Source: Candidatus Latescibacterota bacterium
GTDB taxonomy: Bacteria; Latescibacterota; UBA2968
Reading direction: 5' to 3'
DNA length: 64,000 bases
Assembly: GCA_965204745.1 (NCBI GenBank)
Contig: OZ242010.1
Coordinates: forward strand, 544,001-608,000
This document shows positions 37,481 to 48,633 of the stretch, in pieces. The notes beneath the pieces were generated by a model that saw only the letters and a program-made list of their open reading frames with translations, did not search any database and was not told where the DNA came from. The position numbers and the translations under genes are program-made. Within the stretch, counting starts at the first letter, position 1; every line of letters begins with the position of its first letter.

Positions 37481-38950
37481 TTAAACCAAATCCGCTGTGG
37501 TGTAATGCCGTTTGAGCCGACTCAAGAGGAACCATTGGAGCAGGGCAAAGCAAGTGATGAGCAGCGGCACTTCGACGGTCAGTATCAAATCGGGATAGAG
37601 GAGACGCATCGCACACATACCTATACCGACGATGCTCGCCAAAAATAAGAGCGCGAATGAGAAAATCCAACCCCATAATCGTTGTCGCGTCTGTTGATTG
37701 TCGTGCAGGAGATATTTGACCTGCACCCACTGGAGCCACGGCGCCAGCACCAGTCCCCATCCAAGCGGACAAAGGACGCCCAAAAAAACGTCGGACGCAA
37801 ACCCGATTTTTGCACCTGCCAACACGCCCAATACGCCCAACAACAAGGCCGATGCAAGAAAAAAGGAAACACTTTGCACCAGCAAACCGCAATACCGAAT
37901 CCACATCTGCCGATTGCGAGAGAGCGGATACACATACCCTTTTTTCAGTGAAAAGGCGGAAAAGGGCGTACAAAAATACAGGGGTAGAGCGACAAATACC
38001 GCTGCGGAGATCATAATGGCTGTTTTTGCTTCCAATTGGTCAAAATGAAATGCCGTTTGGTAGAGCGTTTTCAATACCGCATCAAAATCGTACTGAAATA
38101 CATTCAGCCCAAACGTCGTGAAAATGCCCCAAAAGGGCAGCATTAAAGCCGCGTAAAACGCGGAAGATAGCCATCTATGTGCGTGCCAGCCACAATTCTC
38201 GTACTGACTCGCACGTAGCCAGTTGACAATGCCCGTGCCGATGTGGTCGAGATGCCATATCTTGGTACTCGGGTTTCGCGTCTTCGAGATATTCTTTTTT
38301 AGCCACTCTTGGGTGGGCGAATAATAGGCCGCGTGCATAGAAAAAAACAGCGCGAATGGCTTCATCCGAAATGCCTTCTGATTAAATACCATATAAAAAG
38401 CCCCAACCGCGATGGCGAATGCAATGACCGCCAGTGCCAAGGTCTGTTGCTGTACAAAGACGATCACTCCGCGCCACTGCCAAGCCACGGCCAGTCCCAA
38501 AGCCATGAGGATGGATATGGATCTGAACACGGTCTCAAAGCCGAACCGATGGGCGCCAGCCCCGGCGATGGCAAATCCCAAATTGTAAATCCCCAAATTG
38601 ACGCAGAAGATCACCGGCCACGCCACATTCCAAGAGGCGGACATGAGCAGGGCTGTCCACGCCGAGACGGAAAGCAGTCCGATACTCGCGGCCCAGGCCA
38701 TCAGACGCTTGCGAAAATCTGGCAGGGACCAGGTGAACATCCGGTGTTGGTTTTCCCCCACCAGATTGCCGATGGCATAGCCCCAAAACCCGATAAACGC
38801 AAACAGCCAAAACATATAGATCAGATCTGCAAAGGAATCGGAAGTCACGTCCCATGTCGGAACAAAAATCAGAAACGGAGAGATGCCCAGTGCAACCCAA
38901 AGATAAACCGGACTTCGCAACAACCTAAAAAACGGGAAAATATCCATCAC
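37481..38950 (-). CDS. Polytopic membrane protein, probable ABC permease
   Basis: Many TM segments; overlaps the ABC ATPase stop. Confidence 0.7.
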   Translation of the reverse strand: MMDIFPFFRLLRSPVYLWVALGISPFLIFVPTWDVTSDSFADLIYMFWLFAFIGFWGYAIGNLVGENQHRMFTWSLPDFRKRLMAWAASIGLLSVSAWTALLMSASWNVAWPVIFCVNLGIYNLGFAIAGAGAHRFGFETVFRSISILMALGLAVAWQWRGVIVFVQQQTLALAVIAFAIAVGAFYMVFNQKAFRMKPFALFFSMHAAYYSPTQEWLKKNISKTRNPSTKIWHLDHIGTGIVNWLRASQYENCGWHAHRWLSSAFYAALMLPFWGIFTTFGLNVFQYDFDAVLKTLYQTAFHFDQLEAKTAIMISAAVFVALPLYFCTPFSAFSLKKGYVYPLSRNRQMWIRYCGLLVQSVSFFLASALLLGVLGVLAGAKIGFASDVFLGVLCPLGWGLVLAPWLQWVQVKYLLHDNQQTRQRLWGWIFSFALLFLASIVGIGMCAMRLLYPDLILTVEVPLLITCFALLQWFLLSRLKRHYTTADLV

Positions 38951-39831
38951 ATGCCCTCCCGAATCAAAATGGGAAACAATTGGTCCAAACTCAGCGTGCG
39001 ACTGGCAACTTCGGCGCGATACGCATGCCTGAACTGGTCCGCATTGCCCAAGGCTTGATCGACTATCAAATGGGCAGACGCGCCATTGACGGTTTGCGAC
39101 AATACATAAGGTTCGGAAAACCGCTGTGGCAATCCGCTACCCGTGACGGTCCACGCCGCATAAGTTTGGCGCAAATCGTCCAGTGCCCTATCGGCTTTGA
39201 CCACGCCGTTGTCCAGGCACACCACCCAGTCCACGATTTTTTCAATATCCCTCAAGATATGCGACGAAATGACGATGGTATTTTCGTCCTCGGCCAAGCG
39301 TTCCATCAAAAATTTCAACATAGTCTCCCGCGCAATGGGATCCAGACCGCTGAGGGGTTCGTCCAAAATCAGCAACTCGGGATGGTGGCAAACCGCCAGA
39401 ATAATGCCCAATTTTTGCTCATTGCCCGCAGACAACGCGCCCACGCGCACCGACGTGTCCAACTCGAGTTCGCGCAACAACCGCGCCTCCAACTCGCGGT
39501 CCCAAACCTCGTAAAACGATGCCACGTAGCGCAAATGTTGCTCGACGGTCATCCATTCAAAAAAGCGATTCTCCTGATGCACCACGCCAATGCGCGACAA
39601 TTCGTCTGCGCCCAACTGATCGCACGCACACCCCAGGGTCTTGCACGTTCCCTCGGTGGGCAAGTACAAGCCGATCATGTGGCGGATCAAGGTCGTCTTG
39701 CCACCGCCATTGCGCCCGACCAGTCCAATCACCCGATGTGCCTCAAGGGACAAGGTCACGGCATTGAGCGCGACCGTATCATCGAACTTTTTGGTCAAAG
39801 ACGCCGCTTCAAACACAGGTGAAAAAATCAC
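38947..39831 (-). CDS. ABC transporter ATP-binding protein (YtrB-like)
   Basis: GRNGGGKTT, LSAG, LILDEP and ISSH motifs. Confidence 0.92.
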   Translation of the reverse strand: MIFSPVFEAASLTKKFDDTVALNAVTLSLEAHRVIGLVGRNGGGKTTLIRHMIGLYLPTEGTCKTLGCACDQLGADELSRIGVVHQENRFFEWMTVEQHLRYVASFYEVWDRELEARLLRELELDTSVRVGALSAGNEQKLGIILAVCHHPELLILDEPLSGLDPIARETMLKFLMERLAEDENTIVISSHILRDIEKIVDWVVCLDNGVVKADRALDDLRQTYAAWTVTGSGLPQRFSEPYVLSQTVNGASAHLIVDQALGNADQFRHAYRAEVASRTLSLDQLFPILIREGM

Positions 39832-40217
39832 ACCTTACCTCCTTCCAACGAATCCAATGTGGATGTAAAAAGATCTACGACTTCCGCCCGATCAACCCCC
39901 AACTGTCGAACCATGGTTGCCAACTGCGTGATTTGCGGTTTGAGTTGCGCCAATTTCTCGGCGTGCATCACCCGCGCCTGCACGGGTTTCACCGTCAAGG
40001 GCCTGCCGCGCCGCCGCTCGACCAATCCCCCTGCTTCCAGCAAGCTATACGCCTTGCTCACAGTCATGGGATTGAGGCCGAGTTGCGAGGACAAGGCGCG
40101 CGTGGAGGGAAGCGCGTCCCCCGGCGCGAGCAATCCGCTGACCACATGAAATTTCACTTGGTCAATAATTTGACGAAAAACCGGAATGCCATTGTGATGG
40201 TCAATTGAGATCAACAT
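39828..40217 (-). CDS. GntR-family regulator (YtrA subfamily)
   Basis: PVFRQIIDQ...LPSTRALS...NPMTVSKAY; short C-terminal domain. Confidence 0.92.
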   Translation of the reverse strand: MLISIDHHNGIPVFRQIIDQVKFHVVSGLLAPGDALPSTRALSSQLGLNPMTVSKAYSLLEAGGLVERRRGRPLTVKPVQARVMHAEKLAQLKPQITQLATMVRQLGVDRAEVVDLFTSTLDSLEGGKV

Positions 40218-40244
40218 AATCCCCTTCCTTTCCCAAATGTGAAT

Positions 40245-40268
40245 TACTATATTACTAATATAATACAC
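40245..40268. promoter_or_regulatory. Probable GntR/YtrA autoregulatory operator
   Basis: Inverted repeat TACTATATTA-C-TAATATAATA upstream of gntR. Confidence 0.6.
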
Positions 40269-40323
40269 TTAGCCGCGTTACGCAAGTCTTTTTTTTAGAA
40301 ATTTTTACCATATTTTGAAAAAT

Positions 40324-40358
40324 AAAAAAGGCTTGTGCCCGAGCGACACAAGCCCTTT
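40324..40358. repeat. 35-bp terminator hairpin, duplicate of 41136-41170
   Basis: AAAAAAGGCTTGTGCCCGAGCGACACAAGCCCTTT identical in both places. Confidence 0.92.
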
Positions 40359-40386
40359 GTGATGTCCGAGAGTTGAACTTTGTTTT

Positions 40387-40659
40387 TTACGTCTTATTCC
40401 GCGTAAAAAAATACGTAGCCGCGCTTCCCGTTAAGCCGGAAAGAACGGGTAATGTGGCAGAAAAAATATCCTTCAGCGATGCTAAGAGATCGTCAGCCCC
40501 CCAAATATAGATGCAAACCGTCGCGCCGTAGTGAAGGAGAAGATAGCCGCCGAGCATGCTGAGAGATAGAAAAGCCAACCGTCTCGCCGTGTCCGATTCC
40601 TGTTTCTGGATGATGTATCGATACTCGGCTGTCTTGTCGAATCCCGTGATCTGGTTCAT
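40387..40659 (-). CDS. Small 2-TM hypothetical protein
   Basis: GGAGG RBS; two hydrophobic helices; LPVLSGLTGSAATYFF. Confidence 0.7.
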   Translation of the reverse strand: MNQITGFDKTAEYRYIIQKQESDTARRLAFLSLSMLGGYLLLHYGATVCIYIWGADDLLASLKDIFSATLPVLSGLTGSAATYFFTRNKT

Positions 40660-40802
40660 TGGGTACCTCCTGTTAAAAGTAAAAAAAATAGCCTTTGGAC
40701 ATCACAATTATGCCATTCAGCGGTGCATATCGACATTTTTTTGCGTACACAAGTTGGGATGCTCATAGCGAAAAAATGAAGATAAGCAAACAGCCCGTCC
40801 TC

Positions 40803-41045
40803 TTACTTTTTTCTGCTCAATGCTTGCAGGTGAGGAATAATAATGACGCATTCTTCCCCTGTGTTGGGGTTTCGCAATGCAATTTCAGAGAAGCCTTGTT
40901 TTGCCTGAGTTTGTAGCGCACGACTGATTTGAAGAGATTCGAGGATCGCATCAGCCATCGAGTCGTAGTTCCCCTCTTTGGTCATATCTTCCAAGGCATC
41001 TAAACTTCGCTCATCAAATGTGAAAGCAACTCGCCCGCTCTGCAT
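40803..41045 (-). CDS. Ribbon-helix-helix-like small DNA-binding protein
   Basis: GGAGG RBS; RVAFTF beta-strand followed by two helices. Confidence 0.6.
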   Translation of the reverse strand: MQSGRVAFTFDERSLDALEDMTKEGNYDSMADAILESLQISRALQTQAKQGFSEIALRNPNTGEECVIIIPHLQALSRKK

Positions 41046-41135
41046 AACAGATCACCTCCTTTCTTTGCGACAAAACAAACATACGATAGGCTATCACATT
41101 TGGCAACAAAATCATAGAATATAAAGATACCCACC

Positions 41136-41170
41136 AAAAAAGGCTTGTGCCCGAGCGACACAAGCCCTTT
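41136..41170 (-). terminator. Terminator downstream of tRNA-Thr
   Basis: GGCTTGTG/CACAAGCC hairpin plus T6 on the minus strand. Confidence 0.85.
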
Positions 41171-41175
41171 CTTTG

Positions 41176-41251
41176 TGGAGCCATCCAGCGGATTCGAACC
41201 GCCGACCGCCTGATTACGAATCAGGTGCTCTACCAGCTGAGCTAGGATGGC
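41176..41251 (-). tRNA. tRNA-Thr(CGT)
   Basis: 76-nt cloverleaf GCCATCC...; anticodon arm CCTGA-TTCGTAA-TCAGG; GTTCGAATCC; CCA end. Confidence 0.97.
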
Positions 41252-41345
41252 TTTGAGGTGTTGAACAACGGCTCTATTCTGTGCAACGAAAAATACACAA
41301 AGCCCGAAACCCTGTCAAGAAGGAATGCAAAATTAGGAGGTGCCG

Positions 41346-42128
41346 ATGAAATTTGTCGTTGCGGTCGATTGCGAAGGTGTGGCTTGTGGCGTGGGATCCC
41401 CGGGCGCGTCCCTCAATTCGTCTCGAAACTTGGCGTTCGCGCAATTACAGGCCACGCGAGAAGCAGACGCGGCGGTTCGGGGGTTGTTTGACGCAGGGGC
41501 CGAACAGGTGATCGTGTGGGACAACCACAACGGGAGCTTGAATCTCGATTACGACTTGTTGGACGAGCGGTGCGACATCGCGCTCGGCGTGGGCTTTGAA
41601 CACCGGTTTCCCGGCATGGACGAATCGTTTGACGGGGTCGCGCTGGTGGGCTATCACGCGATGGACAACACCATTGACGGGGTGATGTGCCACACGTTTA
41701 GCTCAGCCACGTATCAATGGATCGAGATCAACGGCCGCGAAGTGGGCGAAATGGCGATAGACGCGGCGGTTGCCGGTGAACGGGGCGTACCCGTCATTTT
41801 CGTATCTAGCGATGACAAGGGCACGGCAGAAGCCGAACAATTTTTCCCCGGCGTCGTCACGGTCACGACCAAGCAGGGCATGGGATGGAATTGCGCGGTG
41901 AGCAAACACCCCCGGCGCGTGGAACGCGAAATCTTCGACTCGGTTCAAAAAGCCGTGGCAAAGCGCGAGGCGATCAAACCCTTTGCATTCTCGCGGCCCC
42001 TGACGATAGAGACGCGCTACAAACGCCTCGAAGCCGCACAATCGGCAAGTCGCGGCTTTCACGGCGCAGAGCGCGTTGACGCCTACACTGTGCGCCGAAC
42101 CTTGCAATCCATTTGCGACTATTATTGA
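41346..42128 (+). CDS. D-aminopeptidase, M55 (DppA) family
   Basis: DCEG, DNHN, VGYHA, HT and IFVSSDD motifs. Confidence 0.9.
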   Translation: MKFVVAVDCEGVACGVGSPGASLNSSRNLAFAQLQATREADAAVRGLFDAGAEQVIVWDNHNGSLNLDYDLLDERCDIALGVGFEHRFPGMDESFDGVALVGYHAMDNTIDGVMCHTFSSATYQWIEINGREVGEMAIDAAVAGERGVPVIFVSSDDKGTAEAEQFFPGVVTVTTKQGMGWNCAVSKHPRRVEREIFDSVQKAVAKREAIKPFAFSRPLTIETRYKRLEAAQSASRGFHGAERVDAYTVRRTLQSICDYY

Positions 42129-42353
42129 CCTGCCCGCACGACCGTAGCCTAAAACGAAGCGTGGCGAATAATCGGGGAAGATGGACTTTATCCCCCTTGT
42201 ATCTTTGGGCGAGCACGGGGGCATCGCCTAAAAAGGTGAGAGGTGAGAGGCAAGACGGGAGAAGCCCCACCCTCACTGCTCGCCTTTGAACTGGCTGTCG
42301 CCAGTTGTACCCCGCTCGTGCTTGCTATTCCCCAAATTGAGAAAGGTGCGATC

Positions 42354-43808
42354 ATGAAAATTTTGCTCGCGGCATTCAAACAGGAAACCTCCAGTTTCAA
42401 CCCGGCGCGCACGCCTTACGACCTGTTCAACGTGCGGTTTGGCGACGCGTTGTACGCACTGCGCGGTAGCAACACGGAAATCGCCGGCGCGCTCGATGTC
42501 TTTGATGGCCGGCGCGACCTTGACCTCGTGCCCCTGTATTCGGCCTCGTCGGTCTCGGGCGGGCCAGTCGCCGATGCGGCCCTTGACCGGCTGATGGACG
42601 AATTGCTCGCCGCCGTTCGCAACAACGCGCCCGCAGATGGGATGCTCATGGTTTTTCACGGCGCGATGGCCGGCGAAACCGAAGTGGATCCCGAAGGCCA
42701 TGTCCTGTCCGAAATCCGCGCCATCCTCGGCGATGTGCCCATCGTCACCACCTTTGACCTGCACGGCATCATCACGGACCGCTTGGTCGCGCATTCCGAC
42801 ATCATGGTGCCATTCCACACCTATCCGCACATCGACATGTACGAAACCGGCCAACGGGGTGCGCGCAACTTGCTCGCCCTGCTTGACGACAATGTCAAAC
42901 CCACAGTGGCGCGCGTCCGCCTGCCCATGCTCGTGCGGGGGGACGAACTCATCACCAAAACCGGCCGCTTTGGACAGGCCATCCGCTGGTGTCAGGATAT
43001 CGAAAACTCCGAAGGCGGTCTGGGCAGTGGGGTTTATATCGGCAACCCCTTCACAGACGTGCCGGACTTGCGCTCCAACGTGATCGTCTTCACGGACAAC
43101 GACCCCAACCGCGCCCGAGATGAGGCCGAGCGCATTGCCCGATACCTGTGGGACAACCGCGATCACTTCACTGCTCCGCTCGTGTCAATTCCGGACGCGA
43201 TTCGCTTGGCCGAACAAACCGAGGGGCTCACGGTATTTTCCGATGCTGCGGACGCCACCTCGTCCGGCGCGTCTGGGGATAGCAACGCCATTCTCAAGGG
43301 CTTGTTTGAACACGGATACACGGGCCGCACGCTCCTGCCGATAGTCGATCCACCGGCCGTTGAAGCCGCGTTTCGCGCAGGCGTGGGCGCGACCCTCACC
43401 CTGCCCATTGGCGGCGCGATAGACAAAACGCGCTTTTCCCCTATCGAATGCGAGGTTTATGTCAAATTGCTCACGGATGGCGACTACACCACGGGCACGG
43501 GCACATCCGGGCGTGCGGGCAACACCGCTGTTCTCGCGACCAACACGTACAGTATCATGGCGACCACGCGCCCGGTCAGCATTATGGATCGCAAGGTTTT
43601 TGAAGCGCGGGGCCTGGATCCGCGGGATTTCGATTTGGTCGTGTGCAAATCGCCCAATGGCTTTCGGGTTCACTACGAAGAAATCGCGGCCCGAATCGTG
43701 CCCGTGGATGCGCCCGGCTCGACCAGCGCCAACCTCAAATCCCTGCCCTATACCCAATGCCCGCGGCCCATATTTCCGTTGGATGAAGCGGTGAGATGGG
43801 AGACGTGA
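42354..43808 (+). CDS. M81 (MlrC-like) metallopeptidase
   Basis: QETSSFNP, HGAM, DPEG, DLHG and TYPHID motifs. Confidence 0.9.
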   Translation: MKILLAAFKQETSSFNPARTPYDLFNVRFGDALYALRGSNTEIAGALDVFDGRRDLDLVPLYSASSVSGGPVADAALDRLMDELLAAVRNNAPADGMLMVFHGAMAGETEVDPEGHVLSEIRAILGDVPIVTTFDLHGIITDRLVAHSDIMVPFHTYPHIDMYETGQRGARNLLALLDDNVKPTVARVRLPMLVRGDELITKTGRFGQAIRWCQDIENSEGGLGSGVYIGNPFTDVPDLRSNVIVFTDNDPNRARDEAERIARYLWDNRDHFTAPLVSIPDAIRLAEQTEGLTVFSDAADATSSGASGDSNAILKGLFEHGYTGRTLLPIVDPPAVEAAFRAGVGATLTLPIGGAIDKTRFSPIECEVYVKLLTDGDYTTGTGTSGRAGNTAVLATNTYSIMATTRPVSIMDRKVFEARGLDPRDFDLVVCKSPNGFRVHYEEIAARIVPVDAPGSTSANLKSLPYTQCPRPIFPLDEAVRWET

Positions 43809-43993
43809 GATGCAGTGGTCAGTCCCCGCCCATCGCCGCCCAACCAGAGGGAAGACGTGAGACGTGAGAGGCAAGAGGACCATCGTCAGGCTGACGATGA
43901 CCGAGCGGGGAAGGAAACGCACTTGGCGGGGCGGTATCGGGCAGGGCACGCACATGGCGGGGTGGGGTAGTGGCGGGGCTATGTTTTCGCCTT

Positions 43994-46222
43994 TCATCCG
44001 CGTTTAGGTGTTTCCCCCTCCAACAACGCATTAAACGTCTCACTCGGGCGCATGGCGGAGGTCATTTTTGCTTCGTTTGGAAAATAATAACCGCCAATAT
44101 CGACGGCTGACCCTTGCGCTGCATCGAGTTCGGCCATGATCCTCGTTTCATTCGCTTCGAGTTGTTGCGCCAATCGGGTAAATCGCGCTTGAAGATCAGC
44201 GTCCTTATCTTGCGCCGCCAATGCCTGTGCCCAATACAGCGCGAGGTAAAAATGGCTGCCGCGATTGTCCAACTCGTGTACCACGCGCGAAGGAGATTTT
44301 CCGTTGTTCAAAAATTCGCGCGTTGCCCCATTCAGCGCGTCGGCCAAAATTTTGATCCGCTCATCGTCCGTCTTGTGCCCCAGGTCTTCCAAAGACGCGG
44401 CAAGGGCCAAAAATTCCCCGAGTGAATCCCAGCGCAAATGCCCTTCCGCCACAAATTGCTGAACGTGCTTGGGAGCCGATCCTGCCGCGCCGGTTTCAAA
44501 CAGACTTCCCCCGGCCAAAAGCGGCACGATGGAAAGCATCTTCGCGCTCGTGCCCAATTCGAGAATGGGAAACAGGTCCGTGAGGTAATCGCGCAACACA
44601 TTGCCCGTGACCGAGATGGTATCTTTGCCGTCGCGGGCGCGCTCCAAAGTCACGCGCATGGCTTTTGTCGGCGACATGATGCGAATGTCCAAACCGCTCG
44701 TATCGCGTGCGTCCAAATACGCATGGACTTTATCCATCACATTTTTGTCGTGCGCCCTGTTCTCATCCAACCAGAAAATCGCCGGCGCGCCCGTTATGCG
44801 TGCGCGCTTGACCGCGAGCTCGACCCAGTCGCGGATCGGCAAATCCCTCGTCTGACACGCCCGCCAGATATCCCCCTTTCCCACGTCATGCGCGAGCAAG
44901 ACCCGGCCGCGGTGATCGACGACGCGAACCCGGCCCTGCGCCGCCATTTCAAACGTCTTATCGTGCGAGCCGTATTCCTCTGCCTTTTGCGCTGTCAGCC
45001 CCACATTGGACACATTGCCCATCGCGGTCACGTCAAACGCCCCGTGTTCCTTGTGAAACGCAATCAGCTCTTGATACACCCGCGCATAACACCGATCCGG
45101 GATGGTGAACTTGGTATCGCAAAGCGCGCCATCCGGCCCCCACATGCGCCCGGATTCGCGGATCGCCGTCGGCATCGAGGCGTCTATGATCACATCGCTG
45201 GGCACGTGCAAATTGGTGATCCCCCGGTCCGAGTTGACCATCGCGAGTTTTGCCCGCCGCGCAGAACGAGCAGCGATATCCGCTTCGATTTCCGCGCGTT
45301 GCCCATCCGGCAGGCGTTTGATTTTTTCGTACACCTCGCCAATGCCATTATTCGGGTCGATGCCGAGTTCGGCAAACACCGCCGCGTGTTTTTCAAACGC
45401 GGCTTTGTAATACACAGAAACCGAGTGCCCAAACAAAATCGGGTCCGAGACCTTCATCATCGTGGCTTTGAGATGCAGGGAAAACAATACCCCTTTGGCG
45501 TTCGCATCCGCGATTTCCGCCTCGTAAAACGCGCGCAATGCCCGACAATCCATCACAGCCGCATCCACGATTTCACCTGCCGCAACGGGGATATCCTCCT
45601 TGAGAACCGTCGCCTTGCCATCGCCAGCCACAAATTCAATTTTGAGCGTTCCCGCCTCTGCGATCACCACGGATTGTTCGCTGCTGTAAAAATCCCCGTC
45701 GCGCATATACGCCACATGGGATTTTGAATCCGAGTGCCAGTCGCCCATCGGATGGGGATTGTTTTTCGCGTATTCCTTGACCGCTGTTGCCACCCTGCGA
45801 TCCGAGTTCCCCTCGCGCAAAACCGGGTTCACCGCGCTGCCCAAAATTTTTGCATATCGGGCCTTAATTTTTTGCTCTGCACGGGTCTTGGGGTCTTCGA
45901 CATAGTCCGGAACGCCGTAGCCCTTGCCCTGCAATTCCGCTATCGCAGCGGTCAACTGCGGCACCGAAGCACTGATATTGGGCAATTTGATAATATTCGC
46001 CACCGGCGTTTTTGCCAGTTCCCCCAAGGCCGCCAAATCGTCGGGTTGCCGCTGGCTCTCCGTCAAATGCTCTGGAAAACTCGCAATGATCCTGCCCGCG
46101 AGCGAAATGTCTTTTGTCTCAACTTCAATCCCAGCCGGTGCCGCAAAAACTTTGATAATCGGCAACAACGAACACGTTGCCAATGCCGGGGCTTCATCCG
46201 TTTTTGTATAGACGAGTGTCAT
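43994..46222 (-). CDS. icd: Monomeric NADP-dependent isocitrate dehydrogenase
   Basis: [42 protein letters not shown] and [11 protein letters not shown] motifs. Confidence 0.97.
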   Translation of the reverse strand: MTLVYTKTDEAPALATCSLLPIIKVFAAPAGIEVETKDISLAGRIIASFPEHLTESQRQPDDLAALGELAKTPVANIIKLPNISASVPQLTAAIAELQGKGYGVPDYVEDPKTRAEQKIKARYAKILGSAVNPVLREGNSDRRVATAVKEYAKNNPHPMGDWHSDSKSHVAYMRDGDFYSSEQSVVIAEAGTLKIEFVAGDGKATVLKEDIPVAAGEIVDAAVMDCRALRAFYEAEIADANAKGVLFSLHLKATMMKVSDPILFGHSVSVYYKAAFEKHAAVFAELGIDPNNGIGEVYEKIKRLPDGQRAEIEADIAARSARRAKLAMVNSDRGITNLHVPSDVIIDASMPTAIRESGRMWGPDGALCDTKFTIPDRCYARVYQELIAFHKEHGAFDVTAMGNVSNVGLTAQKAEEYGSHDKTFEMAAQGRVRVVDHRGRVLLAHDVGKGDIWRACQTRDLPIRDWVELAVKRARITGAPAIFWLDENRAHDKNVMDKVHAYLDARDTSGLDIRIMSPTKAMRVTLERARDGKDTISVTGNVLRDYLTDLFPILELGTSAKMLSIVPLLAGGSLFETGAAGSAPKHVQQFVAEGHLRWDSLGEFLALAASLEDLGHKTDDERIKILADALNGATREFLNNGKSPSRVVHELDNRGSHFYLALYWAQALAAQDKDADLQARFTRLAQQLEANETRIMAELDAAQGSAVDIGGYYFPNEAKMTSAMRPSETFNALLEGETPKRG

Positions 46223-46362
46223 AGATATTCCCTGAGTTTTGGGGTGATGTGGATTAGGGATTTTCATCGGCAACTTGCCAAACTGCTCACTCTTCGCCTT
46301 GCATCCGTGTCATCCGCGTAATCCGTTTAATCCGCGATCTGCCTTTCATCCGCGCAATCCGT

Positions 46363-47742
46363 TTAATCCATGATCGCTTTTTCCCACATTGCCACGTATT
46401 CTTCGGGCGCGAGGGGCCAGAGAGAGCCATGGTCGGCTCGCATTTGGGCGTGGTTTTTGGCGTGCATGTCTTCGGCTTGGGCGGCGATCACGGCAGGGTC
46501 TTCGGGAATGGCGCCATGGGTGTCAAAGGTCTCGATCCAGTTGTCCACGCGACCGCGCAGGTCGGTGAGCACAGCGCGGTGATCGGGCGAGTCCGCGAGG
46601 TTGTGGATCTCGTGCGGGTCCGCTTGCAGGTCGTAGAGTTCCTCGTAGGGCCGGTAGGGCGCGAGGAATTTGGCTTGGGCGTCTGTGAGTTTGCCCTGTT
46701 TGGCGAGCACCGGGAGGAGTGTCCACAGCGGATATTGCTGGTGTTTGTACCTGTTGAATTGCATGTACGGGCGATCTGGATGGTAGTTGCGAATGTACTT
46801 GTACTGTTTCGTCCGCACGCAGCGAATCCGATCCACTGTGCCGTCGCACCGGTCGCGGGCAGAGAAAATTTCACTGCGCGACGTGGCATCGTCCCCCAAG
46901 AAGATGTTGCCCTGCATCTCGGCCGGGACATCCAACCCGGCGAGCGAGAGCGCGGTGGGGGCAAAGTCGATGCCGCTGACGAGTTCATCGCTCACGACGC
47001 CCGCGTCAATCCCCGAGGGCCACCGCGCGATGCAGGGCACGCGAATGCCGCCGTCGTAGAGAAATTGCTTGTCGCGGATGTGGGCACGCCCGTGGTCCGC
47101 GATGAGGAAAACAATGGTGTTGTCGGCTATGCCCTCGTCTTCGAGCCGCTGGAGCACCCGACCGACCTTGCGGTCAAACACCTGAACGCTTTCGAGGTAC
47201 ATGGCCCAATCTTTTCGCACGAGCGGATGATCCGGATAATAAGGCGGGAGTTCCACCGAGTCCGGGTCGATGGGATTTTCCGGGTCGGGCGTGAAATTTC
47301 GGTGCGTGTCCGTGATGTTGTTTTGCGCGTAAAACGGCTGACCCTCTGCGCGTTGGGCCCAGTCGATGCCGTCGAAGACGTCTTTGCGCTGAAAGTTGAA
47401 ATCGGTCTTGCCGGGCTTGTCAAATGGCGGGCCCGGGCTGTTGCACGTATAATATCCCGCGTCCCGAAAGTAGTCCGTGATGAGGCGAATGTCACGCGGC
47501 AGTGGGACATCGCGCTTGCTGCGGTGATTGTGCGCGTCAATGCTGGTTTGGTACCGGCCCGTGATGATGGCCGACCTGCTCGGCGAACACACCGGGCAGG
47601 TGACAAACGCATTCGTAAAGAGCGTCCCCTCCGACGCCAGTTGGTCGATGTTCGGGGTTTGTACAACCGGCGTGCCATAACAGGCGAGATTGGGATACAG
47701 GTCTTCGCCGTAGATCCAGAGGATGTTGGGTTTATCAGTCAT
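46363..47742 (-). CDS. Formylglycine-dependent sulfatase
   Basis: KPNILWI, CSPSRSAIITG, DHG and EELYDLQADPHE motifs. Confidence 0.93.
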   Translation of the reverse strand: MTDKPNILWIYGEDLYPNLACYGTPVVQTPNIDQLASEGTLFTNAFVTCPVCSPSRSAIITGRYQTSIDAHNHRSKRDVPLPRDIRLITDYFRDAGYYTCNSPGPPFDKPGKTDFNFQRKDVFDGIDWAQRAEGQPFYAQNNITDTHRNFTPDPENPIDPDSVELPPYYPDHPLVRKDWAMYLESVQVFDRKVGRVLQRLEDEGIADNTIVFLIADHGRAHIRDKQFLYDGGIRVPCIARWPSGIDAGVVSDELVSGIDFAPTALSLAGLDVPAEMQGNIFLGDDATSRSEIFSARDRCDGTVDRIRCVRTKQYKYIRNYHPDRPYMQFNRYKHQQYPLWTLLPVLAKQGKLTDAQAKFLAPYRPYEELYDLQADPHEIHNLADSPDHRAVLTDLRGRVDNWIETFDTHGAIPEDPAVIAAQAEDMHAKNHAQMRADHGSLWPLAPEEYVAMWEKAIMD

Positions 47743-47829
47743 GGGAAAATCCTTTGTGTAACAGATGGAATAGCGCGATGGGGTCTGACGACTGCTTCGG
47801 CCGGGCACAGAGGCACCGCCCCTACGCTC

Positions 47830-48633
47830 TCACCTTGCGCCGCACGCTTGTAGCGATGCCTGCATGTGCCCGCGGGTTTCCGCGCCGATGATGCAACACT
47901 GTTCCAAACTGTATCCTTGGGCCTTTGTGCCGATGACCTCGAGATTGACCGGGCCATCGTACCCGTTTTCGTGCAGGACGCGGATGTACCCGACCAAGTC
48001 GATATCCCCGCGGCCATTGGCCTGATTGTGCGGTTCACCAGGGCCGCGTTCCCTGCCTTTGCAGTCGCGGATGTGGATGTGTTTGACGCGCGAGATCACG
48101 GCGGCGATGGCTTCGACTGGGTTTTCATTTGCGCGGTGAATGTGCGACGGATCCATGTCGATGCCAAAGGCGGGGGACGTGATGGCGTCCATTGCGCGCA
48201 GGGTGGTCGGCGTGTTGTAAATGGCCGCGCCTACGTGGGCTTTGACGCAAAGGGTGACGCCGTACTTTTCCGCCATGTGGGCGAGGTTGCCCAGAGAATT
48301 GATGCTTTGCTGGAAGGTCGCTTCGTCATCCGATTTCCCCCCCGGCCCGCAGTTGACGATGGGAATGCCCGCTTCGTTTGCGGCCTGAAACGCCGTTTCC
48401 ATCATGACGGGGTCTTGTTTGGGTTGTTCCATAGCGAGCAGGTCGAGGCCGTATTCTCGCCCCAAGCGTTTGGCTTCTCGCGCTGTTTCGCGCCAGTTGT
48501 CGAGGACGAGGTGCTGGCTCATCCCGCCAATCGCCGAGACTTCAATCCCGTCATACCCAGCCATCGCCGTGTACTTAAACGCGGTCTCCATATCCCACGC
48601 GCCAAAAAGAACCGAGTTCAATCCGAGTTTCAT
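47830..48633 (-). CDS. Sugar phosphate isomerase/epimerase (TIM barrel)
   Basis: GYDGIE, DPSH, HIHIRD, GRGDID and NLE motifs. Confidence 0.85.
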   Translation of the reverse strand: MKLGLNSVLFGAWDMETAFKYTAMAGYDGIEVSAIGGMSQHLVLDNWRETAREAKRLGREYGLDLLAMEQPKQDPVMMETAFQAANEAGIPIVNCGPGGKSDDEATFQQSINSLGNLAHMAEKYGVTLCVKAHVGAAIYNTPTTLRAMDAITSPAFGIDMDPSHIHRANENPVEAIAAVISRVKHIHIRDCKGRERGPGEPHNQANGRGDIDLVGYIRVLHENGYDGPVNLEVIGTKAQGYSLEQCCIIGAETRGHMQASLQACGAR

